Origin: Octopus bimaculoides
Taxonomy: Eukaryota
Length of the DNA: 64,000 nucleotides
Assembly: GCF_001194135.2 (NCBI RefSeq)
Contig: NC_068986.1
Span: 30,997,785 to 31,061,784, forward strand
Reading direction: 5' to 3'
Part shown: piece by piece, positions 53,801-64,000 of the stretch
Layout of the letters: each line of letters starts with the position of its first letter
Numbering within the stretch: the stretch's first letter is position 1
Position numbers and translations under genes: made by a program
The notes under the pieces: generated by a model
Seen by the model: the letters and a program-made list of their open reading frames with translations, nothing else
Told to the model about the DNA's origin: nothing
The model's database searches: none

Positions 53801-55352
53801 TAGCTAATCTCAGTGCAGTAAACCTTTGCAGTTAAACCATATGGCTACAGGCAAATTGGATGGAACAAGAATCATCCTAGTTTCATCTTTCATTAAAGAC
53901 TCATCTGGAACTACAAACTATCAAAGTTAAGTGTATGCATACACATAGGTGTGCAAGAGAGTATGTGAAAGCATTAAACATAGAATCCACTGATTCAAAG
54001 GTCATATATTATATAACTACAGCTTTGCCTTAAGTCTGTACTCGTTAGACCAAGTTTTTCTCACTCTCAGCTCTTTTCAGATCAAGTGGTGTGCATCTAA
54101 GATTACAATTGTAATCTTGGATACACAAACTGCTTATAGGTCATGACTTAAAATCCATCATGGATATTCTGTGGTTTCTCATAAGAACACTTTGAGAATG
54201 CTTCAATTTACTTCACCATCAGGAATAGACACCAAATCAATCTGAAGTGCAACAATCATCTAAATCTTGATTTCAATTTGATTTCATTCAAATGTAAATC
54301 TTTATTAAGAGGTTTATATTTTAAAAACTGAGTAACTAGAATTACAGGCTAAAAATAGTATAGGGTTGAAAATAGGGTGAGAACAATTTTTAAAAGTTGA
54401 AGTAACAATTACTATATTATTTGATGTCTTGGAAATAAAATTGAAAATATTGTCCATTACAATGGATTGATAGAACTGGAATGGTCTCCACTAAATTTAA
54501 TTACACTTGTCAATAAATTGCATTAAACTACATAAAGGAAACAAATCGTGAAGAATCAATACGTAGAATTTATTCCTTCCTTGAAACTTATCAGCATATG
54601 ACAGGCTGGGTAGGGTGAAATATCTGAATGTTGTAATTGTGCAACCTCAGGTCAACCTTGATTGCATAATTAAAAGATTAAAGGCATTCAAGATGTACAG
54701 GCACAATGTATCTAGGACTATATTATCTAATATGTCCCTCTTTTTCAGTAGGGTGTGATTTGAAGGAGATTCAGCTGCAATTTCTGGCAGAGCGAGTGAA
54801 CATGTAGTGATTATATTAGCATCTACAAAATTGATTGAAGCAGGTAGGAAAACGATCAATGACCTTTTATATTTTAAGTATGATCTTTCTCCACAGATAC
54901 TGTGAGATGTCCATTGAAGTAACTGTAAATTTATTGCTTAGCCATGTATTTATGTCATTAAATAATTGCAACTGATCTGCTCCAATGAAATAAGAAAAAC
55001 CAATACACAATAAGTTTATGCCTGTGGGAATATATGAATACAGCACTGCAAATGAAACAGTTTTCAATGATACAGTGTCACCAGTGGTGATAACAGTGAA
55101 CCGTGTCTTCTCATTGTACCTACATACAGCCAGGTGGGCTAGCTCATTAAAAGTTAAGTATCGCAGGCAGAGACAAATTACAGTATACATTATGGCGTAA
55201 TGGCATATGCATCACCAATATTTTGGTTAGTAGGCCAAATACAAACATTGGCTTGCTAATGATATCATCGATTATGATAACATTAGACACTTCAACATCC
55301 AGAATACCTAAATTTAGAATAGCATAAATTAAGAGCCCTAACACAAACACAT

Positions 55353-55399
<47 letters not shown>

Positions 55400-55944
55400 N
55401 NNNNNNNNNNNNNNNNNNNNNNNNNNNNNNNNNNNNNNNNNNNNNNNNNNNNNNNNNNNNNNNNNNNNNNNNNNNNNNNNNNNNNNNNNNNNNNNNNNNN
55501 NNNNNNNNNNNNNNNNNNNNNNNNNNNNNNNNNNNNNNNNNNNNNNNNNNNNNNNNNNNNNNNNNNNNNNNNNNNNNNNNNNNNNNNNNNNNNNNNNNNN
55601 NNNNNNNNNNNNNNNNNNNNNNNNNNNNNNNNNNNNNNNNNNNNNNNNNNNNNNNNNNNNNNNNNNNNCGGAAATAATCCAAATACATGTTATCAGATAG
55701 CTAAATATATCATTTGTTAGCCCCTGAAATTGGTCACTATGTTTACACCTGCAACCTGAAGTGGCACATCATGTGGGCAATAGTAATTTGTGAAAATGTT
55801 TGTCACCTTACAGTTAATTACTTTTTTTTTTTATCTTAGAGCTCATAAATAGTCTTGCTATATAATCTCTACTACAATAATACTAAGAAGCAATCTCCTT
55901 AAGACTATAGCTGTATGCAGTTGCGGTAGAAACAGAGTGTATGT

Positions 55945-56160
55945 GTGTGTATCTTTTAGCTTTATTTGTTTCAGTCACTGGAATATGGCCATGCTGGGGC
56001 ACCACCTTGAAGAGTTAAGCCGAACTAATCAACCACCTGGAACGTATTTTTAAGTCTGGTACTTATTCTATCAGTCTCTTTGGCCAAACTGCTAGGTTAC
56101 AGGGATGTAAACAAACCCACACTGGTTGTCAAGCAACTGGGGGAGCAAACAAACAAACAT
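55945..56160 (-). mobile_element. 3' half of a family A SINE
   Basis: 'ttgtttcagtcactg…gccatgctggggcaccacctt…tggtacttattctatcagtctctt…ggttgtcaagc'. Confidence 0.75.
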
Positions 56161-56397
56161 GCATGCATGCATGCATACACACATATACAAATATGCATGC
56201 ATACATATACATATATATCATTCAGAATTGATGATTCACTCTAATAATACTTGCCGTGTGTAATCCTTCAGGTGTCAGAAAGAATATTTCTGTCACCTGT
56301 ACAATTGCAACCCAGTAGCACCAGATTGAATCATTAGCTTCAAGTATATAAATAAACTGTGCTTCACATATTGAGTACTTTTTCTCCCATCTCTTTA

Positions 56398-56437
<40 letters not shown>

Positions 56438-56463
56438 ACGCATGCGTGGGAGCAATTTCGAGC

Positions 56464-56552
56464 TGACAGGAGCTTCAAATTTTGACTTAATGGCTTGTTC
56501 AATCAGTGTTGATTGAACAAACCATTAAGGGCAAAATTTGAAGTCCCTGCCA
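56464..56552. other. Near-perfect inverted repeat / hairpin (~40-bp stem, 4-nt loop)
   Basis: cttcaaattttga-cttaatggcttgttcaatca [gtgt] tgattgaacaaaccattaagggcaaaatttgaag; the outer stem extends with G-U pairs and mismatches. Confidence 0.85.
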
Positions 56553-57917
56553 ACTCAAAAGACTTAATAGTAAATGTATCAGTAAATGTTTTGTTGTTTT
56601 CATAAATTGATTGACAACACCAAATACATTTTTTATTTTATATATAAAAGAGGGAGAGAGAGCAGAGAGAGTAGAAAGAGATGAGAGGAGAGAGAGAGAG
56701 AGAGAGAGAGAGTAGAGAGAGAGAGGTGTATCTATGTAAATTAAGCCAAAATTGAACTGCATGGAATTGTATGCATGTGTGCATGTAATTACACCCAACT
56801 GAAGTAACCATGGGAAAACAAGTTAAATCAATATTGATGACCAATAATATTGAAATAAGTGCATGTTAAAGAATCCACTTCGCTGTTCTGAAAAATAAGG
56901 CCTTCAGATATTTCAGAAAATTTGAAATTCAATTATTCGGTCTATTTAGCAACAACATAATAATTAATAGTTTCTGATCTAGGTACAAGGCCAGCAATTT
57001 TGAGGGGAGGGGGATAGCAAATACCACTGATCCCCAGTGATACTTTATTTGACTAATTCCCAAAAGGATGAAAGGCAAATTTGACTCCAGAGGGATTTGA
57101 ACTCAGAATGTAAAGAACAGTATTGCCACTAAGCATTATATGGACCACTGAGATCTATCAGTTTGCTACCTTAAAAACAATAACAGTTTCTGATTTAGCC
57201 ACAAGGCCGGAAAATTTTGAAGGGCTGAGATTAATGGATGACATCAATCCAAGTGCTTGGCTGGTACCTTATTTTATGAACCCCAGTGGGAGAAAAGCAA
57301 ATTTGAATTCAGAACTAGTCATTATTTCCAGAACTCTAATAATTTTGTCAATTCATTACTCTCAATAATTTATTTATTTTGTAATAATGGTAATGATTTC
57401 TTTATAATTTACAATAACAATTCTAACTTCAGTTCTAAAGAAATTCAATTAAAGAGAATTAGTGTTCTATTTCAATTTAATGAACATAAGTGGTAAAACA
57501 TTATTATGCATTACCAATGTGATGCAAAAAGCAATTTGGAAAGCTTTCCTCTGAACATGCACAACTGATCGATTTAACAAATCATTATAAGGGAAAATAA
57601 CATTCATCTGCAACAGAGGCCAAAATTCAATCCAGGAGCCAAAATACTGATATTTTATCGCTTTGGTTATTCTACACTTTAATAATAACACTGATTTCTA
57701 ATAATGGAAACAAGGACATAAATTTGGGAAGGTAGGAGAGTACCACTGATTAAATAGACCCATAGTTTATTTTTCTGACCCATCCTCCCCTGAAAGATGA
57801 AAGGTAGAGTTGACCCTTGAAGGATTTGAACTCACAACATAAACCAATTTGTCACTACATGACATAATTTATATTTCATATAATATATATGACAAAATAT
57901 TGTAAAGAATATTATAT

Positions 57918-58310
57918 ATAGGTGCAGGAGTGGCTGTGTGGTAAGAAGTTTGCTTCCCAACCACGTGGTTCTGGGTTCAATCCCACTACGTGGCCCCTTG
58001 GCCAAGTTTCTTCTACTATAGCCTCAGACCGACCAAAGCCATCTGAGTGGATTTGATACACGGAAACTGAAAGAAACCTGTCGTATATATAATCTATGTG
58101 TGTGTCTGTGTTTACCCCCCCCCCCTCCATCACTACTTGACAATCAGTGTTGGTGTGTTTACATCCCTGTAACATAGCGGTTCACCAAAAGAGACCAATA
58201 GAATAAGTACTAGGCTTAAAAAATAAGTACTGGGGTCAATTCATTCAACTAAAAGTCCAAGGCGGTGCCTTAGCATGGCCGCAGTCTAATGACTGAAACA
58301 GGTAAAAGAT
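57918..58310 (+). mobile_element. Full-length family A SINE
   Basis: Collinear with 18661-19050 from 'aggtgcaggagtggctgtgtggtaag' to 'gactgaaacaggtaaaaga'. Confidence 0.9.
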
Positions 58311-59489
58311 ACAGATTTTATATATATACTGTATAAAAATACAAAGAATATTACNNNNNNNNNNNNNNNNNNNNNNNNNNNNNNNNNNNNNNNNNNNNNN
58401 NNNNNNNNNNNNNNNNNNNNNNNNNNNNNNNNNNNNNNNNNNNNNNNNNNNNNNNNNNNNNNNNNNNNNNNNNNNNNNNNNNNNNNNNNNNNNNNNNNNN
58501 NNNNNNNNNNNNNNNNNNNNNNNNNNNNNNNNNNNNNNNNNNNNNNNNNNNNNNNNNNNNNNNNNNNNNNNNNNNNNNNNNNNNNNNNNNNNNNNNNNNN
58601 NNNNNNNNNNNNNNNNNNNNNNNNNNNNNNNNNNNNNNNNNNNNNNNNGAAAACTGGGAAAATGACATTTAGATAATTGTGACCCTCAAAACTGATTTCC
58701 ATTTTTAGTACAAGGTCAATATTTACAAGGAAATATGCATAGACAAAATAATCACACAACCTCATCCCCCCCCCCCTATGACATTTGCTGATAGTTACTG
58801 TTTCAATTTTCAGTGTGAATGAATGGAGTTGACCTCAAAAGCATTTGACCTCTGAATAGTAGAAGTAAATAAATATGGTAATTCAATAAAAGCTTCTAAA
58901 ATATTTAAATGCATATTTAGGAAATAAACAAATTATTAGTACCACACATGCAAACACACAACTGTTATAGAGGGCCTAGGAAGGTAATGGACACTGGAAT
59001 ACACACACAGACTAATCTATACAGTACATGTACACACAAATTTATACAGCACATACATACAAATTTATATACATACACATTCAGATGACTTATGCTGAAA
59101 CCATTTATATTACAAAGTAAGAAAACGATTAAGATTAATCGATCACATTTCTTATTTAGTATGTAGCGAAACTCTGCTCAAAAGTATTGTGCTAGATGAA
59201 AGTAGGTACCACATACAGCATGGTTGGGTGGTTACTGTAACAGAGGGTATTCAACTGTGAAACACCTGCTCTTGAGAAAGGGAATCCAGCATGAAAGAAA
59301 ATTTCTTTTTTTTTTTTCTTTTAATCGCATTTTTTTTTTAGAGAAAGAATAGAATAAGCCTTGATGCAGATTTTCTAAACTGAAAGTGATTATATTTTCA
59401 GGAAATACATAGAAACAGAGATTCCATACACCGTACGCATCAAAATGAAAGATTACATATAATTAATAATTCAGGAGTTATTAACGATA

Positions 59490-59790
59490 GTGTAAAAGCA
59501 GTATAGCTGAATGGCTAAGAAGTTTGCTAGCAACCACAAGGTTCTGGGTTCAATCCCACTGTGTGACATCTTGGACGTGTCTTTATATCCTAGGGTTGAC
59601 TTGTGAGTGAAACTGAGTGGACGGAATTTGTGTTGAATCTCATCAGGTAAATTGCACTAACAATTCAAAGGACCAGCCTTGGCACACAGATTCTGTATGA
59701 GAATTACATTAAGGGTATATATGTCTGTGGAATACTCAGCCACTTACTAATTCAATGAACCCGATAGTTCAGTTGATTGGACAACTGGAA
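59490..59790 (+). mobile_element. Family A head joined to a third body type
   Basis: Head 'ggctaagaagtttgctagcaaccac…ggttctgggttcaatcccactg'; the body 'aaaggaccagccttggcacac…aattacattaagggta…ggaatactcagccactta' is unlike the other bodies. Confidence 0.55.
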
Positions 59791-60190
59791 GGAAACTTAT
59801 GGTCAGAAATTCTGACCAAGACATATCTGAATGTAGACAATGCTATTCATATCTATATTTCACTATCTGCATGAATGGTCTCCAAATAGATCATTATCTT
59901 TTCTACTCCAGGCACAAGGCCCGAAATTTTGGGGAGGAGGCCAGTCAATTTATCGACCCCGGAAGGATGAAAGGCAAAGTCAACCTCAGTAAAATTTGAA
60001 CTAAGAACATAAGACAGACAAAATACCACTAAGCATTCCACCTGGCATGCTTAAAGATTCAACCAGCTCGCTGCCTTTCCAAACAGAATTATTATGGCAC
60101 AATCATGCACACTGAGATGTAACTAGGCACATCACAAAAACAATAAAATTATATTTAAAAATTACAAGCCGAAATTCTAAATATATATTA

Positions 60191-60650
60191 TAGGTGCATG
60201 CATGGTTGTGTAGTAAAAAATTTGCGTCCTAACCACATGGTTCTGGGTTCAGTCCCACTGCATGGCACTTTGGGTGAATGTCTTTCTACTATAGCTCCAA
60301 GCTGACCTAAGTTTTGTGAGATTTGGTAGACAGAAACTGAAAGAAGCTCAACGTGTACATACGTGTGCGTGTGTGTGTGTGTGTGTTTGCATGCGCTTTT
60401 GTGTCTCCTTCTCTTGACATCACACCACAGTTGTAAAAGAGTGTCATTGTCACATAAGCAGTATCCTTTATTTCCAATATCCTGTGAGAACATGTCTGGC
60501 TTGGATTAATATTACCTTGCACGGAGACAGATGAGGGTTGGTGACAGAACGGAATCTGGCCAGAGAAAATCTGCTCAAATAAGCACAGTCCAAACCATGA
60601 CAGCATGGAAAAGTAGATGTTAAATGATGATGATGCTGATGATGATGATT
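60191..60650 (+). mobile_element. Full family A head SINE with RTE-type tail
   Basis: Head, (TG)n, centre 'cacagttgtaaaagagtgtcattgtcacataagc', tail 'gggttggtgacagaacggaatc…catggaaaagtagatgttaaatgatgatgat'. Another diverged copy lies at ~61590-61960. Confidence 0.85.
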
Positions 60651-63514
60651 GCCCAGATAACTACTCTTTATTAACTGAATAAACTTCTGTTGTTCAAAAT
60701 ATTTATATATATGCTAAAAAAACGTTTTTTAGATTAAATTCTTGGGCTTTAGGCTCATAGTGGATCACTATTTTTTCTGTTCTAAAGTGAACTGAATAAA
60801 AAGAAAAAAATCTGGAAGCAGTGATTTAGATTATACTTGGCTTTGTGAACTTTAATTATTAAATATGCTACTAGGGGAAGATAAGACACAAAAATCTAAA
60901 GCTAAAGCACAGCAATTTTGCCTCAAAAGAATTCCATTCTCTAAACGTGCAGTATAGAGGAACAAAGTATTGAATGAATGACATGCAAACCGAGTTATAA
61001 TTATTCCAAAATATAGACTAGAATATTATTGATCAAAGAAGAAAAGAAAAAAAACAAACAAACAGAAAAACAACACATATTTTGCATAGTGACATACTTT
61101 TGATAATATAGATGGAGCTAAGAAAAGAAAAGTTCTGACTCAAAGAATCAATAAAATTCAAATTTCATTCGAGTAGAAAATTCCTGGAAACAATCAATTC
61201 TTCTTGGAAAGTTTGCTAAGCTATTTATTTACCATAATCCCTAAATAGATCTAATGAGTAATGGTTTCATTGTGCACACATATGTCGGTGCATATGTGCT
61301 TGCTACCAAGAGAGAGAGAGATAGTGATCTCATCGAAGACTACATTCAACTGTATTCAATGCCATTACTTAACAGTAAACATCTCTTCGGTCAATAAGTG
61401 AGCTACAACTGAAGTACGGCATAAACATTTCGCTGACTCATTAACCTAGCACTTTAGTTCCTACTTCAAAGCTGGCATACACAACAAGAGAAAACCAATT
61501 TTGCCTGTTAGCTACAGATGAAATTTAGAAAGAAATCTTTAAAGAGAAAATAGTCAATAATAATCAGGTCTACACTACTTTATAAGTACAGGTATGACTG
61601 CATGGTTAAGACAACTGATTTGTAACCACAAGGTTTCATGTTCAGTCCCAGTATGGACACAATGCACAAGTATCTTCTACTATAACCCCCATGTCAAACA
61701 AATGCCTTATGAACGATAGAGGGAAACTGTATGGGAGAGTGGGAGAGAGAGAGTGTGTGTGTGTGTGTGAATGCTGGTATTCCATGGCTTTACTTGGGTG
61801 AAACAGTGACATGATGTTTACATTTCTTGTTGCCAATATGACTGAAGATCTTACTTAAAAAGCAGGCAAGAGATGGTGACAGGAAGAGCATCCAGCTGTA
61901 AAATCCTGCTTCAACTAAAAGTCCTCATCCAACTCATGAAAGCACGGAGAAACTGGCATTGAACAAACAAAACTACTCATTTAAATATAGACATTTTCAA
62001 AGAGACATGAACTCAAAAACCACGAGTTGGCTTTCTTTATTAACAACACTTGTGCAGCTGAAATAAATCACAAGAGATTAAAATCAAATGTGAGTTTCGA
62101 GATTGATTTTGGATAACTCAAAATTAACAAAAAGTGAAATGTTTTGGTTTTCCTTCTTTTCTTTTCATTTTTTTTTTTTTTTTCTCCTACCCGCCTCCTT
62201 TTTAATCCAGAAACATAGTTAACTCAGTTTAGGAAACATATAATAAAAAATAAAAAATTCTATTTCCTTTCCCAGAACCAAAACATGGAAATATTTAATC
62301 AATACTTATCTTAATTCTTAACGTGTTCTCAGACATTATAATCATACACACATTGTTGCAAAAACCACATCAGAAAGCACAACAAGTGTATTGCTGCTGG
62401 AGATAATTATTAATAAACAACTGTTCTTTATTTATTCAATCTCTTGTCTAGATTTAAGCACATTAAATGAAATGCTATTTATATTACATTTAGAAATCAT
62501 CCATGGATCTGAACAGCTTTGGCTGTAGCAAAAGCTTTTGACTAGACAATACTTTCCATCATACCAACTACTCAGCAACACAAAGAGACATTCTTCTCTT
62601 TCAATATCCATTTTTTTACTGTCTTCAAGTGAATTAATAACATGTGTAATGAAGCAAATCACACATGAAAGAATTACCTGAATATAAACTTCAGTCAACT
62701 GTCAAATCACATCATAGCTTTTTACCTCTTCCCACCCAGAGACATACACAGCCACACACCAGTTTAGTGTTCTTTCACTCTCATCAGCTGACAGCATTCC
62801 CTCATAGTTTATTCACATGTGACTAGTACTCTAAGATAAGTGAGCCAACAGGGGAGCCTCTATGTGGCTGTTCAACCTGTTAAAAATAGCAACCTAATCC
62901 TCCTCAAATCATACTTCTTTTAACTTATAAATGGAGGGACACTTTAGATAATGTAGATTAGAGAAAAAGCCATTATGATCACAACTGGCAAGCTGTTATT
63001 CACGGCTGACCCAGGTCTAAGTAACAACTATATGTAACATTAAAAACCTTTGATTTTGATGACAGCTTGTTCTTCTTCATACTTAACTTTGAAACAATAA
63101 CAGCTCTCATCTACCGAGCCTATGAGAACCAATATGGAGCTTTTATGTAGTCACTCAATTTTCTAGAAACAGCAGCTAAATCTCCCTCAAATTATGTATA
63201 TCTACACACACACACAAACAAACAACTATATTGTTTTAGATGCCTACGTAGTTGCAAGCAGACATAGACACTTTCTTGGCCCTCCCAACCACGACCCACA
63301 GTGGAACATTGAGGATATGACAGACTAGAGGAGAGAGGACTACTACAGCACTCATTTTCAGTTGAGTAGTCCAGATCAATGTGAAATAAAGTGCCTTGCT
63401 CAAGAACACAACTCGCTGTCCTGTTCTGAAATCAAATCCATGACTTTATGATGAGCTGAACGCCTTAATCACTGGCCCTGCCACCCCCACTGTCTTCACA
63501 ATATAGATAGATAG

Positions 63515-63746
63515 ATAAGAAATTAGAATGACAAAGAAATAATCAGTTATGTTACGAACTTCTTTAACTAACAGCTGTTTCTGTTATAAGATGCAATGCA
63601 CTCATAGTTGAAGTGCACTTCATGCTTGAAGCTCTGATGAAGCTAGAGGGCAACTATGACTGCATTGCATCTTATAGCAGAAACAGCTGTTAGCTAATGA
63701 AGTTGATAACTTAATTGATAATTTCTTTGTCATTCTAATTTCTTAT
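63515..63746. mobile_element. 232-bp palindromic element (96-bp inverted arms, 40-bp spacer); Penelope-like terminal repeat inversion suspected
   Basis: Arms 63515-63610 and 63651-63746 differ at 9 of 96 positions by my alignment. The spacer plus right arm contain a hammerhead-like motif. The palindrome is certain; the Penelope assignment is inference. Confidence 0.6.
63617..63703 (+). ncRNA. Type I hammerhead-ribozyme-like motif with minimal palindromic stem III
   Basis: CUGAUGA (63634-63640), stem II GCUA/UAGC, GAAA (63680-63683), C-AGCU-G stem III, GUU triplet (63689-63691). Stem I is AGCU/AGCU plus ACUUCAU/AUGAAGU with a 6-nt bulge. Confidence 0.6.
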
Positions 63747-63837
63747 TACTGCTCTGTACTCAACTGATGCTTGTTTCTGATGTATATGTATACTGATTTC
63801 TAACACCAGGTTATTCGTATCACTATGCCTAAGAGAA

Positions 63838-64000
63838 ATATATATACATATATATATATATATACATACATATATAGATATATATATATATAGATATATA
63901 TATATATATAGATATATATATATATAGATATATATATATATATATAGATATATATATATATAGATATATATATATATAGATATATATATATATAGATATA
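63838..64000. repeat. (TA)n satellite punctuated by GA every ~10-16 bp
   Basis: Seen directly; runs to the window end. Confidence 0.95.

Noticed and set aside
54867-55200. 107-aa minus ORF and overlapping plus ORF with PKD-like look
   Set aside because: No diagnostic motif, no convincing donor, and the length is within chance expectation.
8394-58765. Long ORFs in the track (160-435 aa) near 8.4, 15.1, 29.6, 44.5, 55.3 and 58.3 kb
   Set aside because: They consist of X from N-gaps and dinucleotide-repeat translation. Only the 9124 N-terminus is meaningful, as a transposase.
62678-62698. 21-nt in-frame minus microexon (LTEVYIQ); similar microexon candidates near 29120, 33420 and 34945
   Set aside because: They can be chained into phase-compatible ORFs, but that is cherry-picking without transcript evidence.

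Overview
AT-rich, microsatellite-dense animal genomic DNA with 7 assembly gaps. From my recollection of the repeat families (no database search was run), it resembles an octopus/cephalopod genome. I cannot support any protein-coding host gene: the long ORFs in the track come from N-gaps, microsatellites or transposons, so the window looks intronic or intergenic. Recognisable content: (1) a decayed R4/Dong-clade LINE (RT plus restriction-like endonuclease) at 1-2560, and a second 5'-truncated R4/Dong-like fragment inserted between TAA repeats at 36861-37401; (2) a TTAA-flanked piggyBac-type element carrying a transposase N-terminus (8206-9387), plus two TTAA-flanked MITEs; (3) many tRNA-derived SINEs of at least four kinds, some in tandem arrays; (4) RTE LINE 3' ends, a possible CR1/L2 remnant and a hAT-like MITE. 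The most unusual items are a type I hammerhead-ribozyme-like fold inside a 232-bp palindrome (63515-63746; Penelope-like architecture) and a free-standing ~40-bp-stem hairpin (56464-56552). A few isolated minus-strand exon candidates are low confidence. SINE boundaries are approximate (tens of bp).
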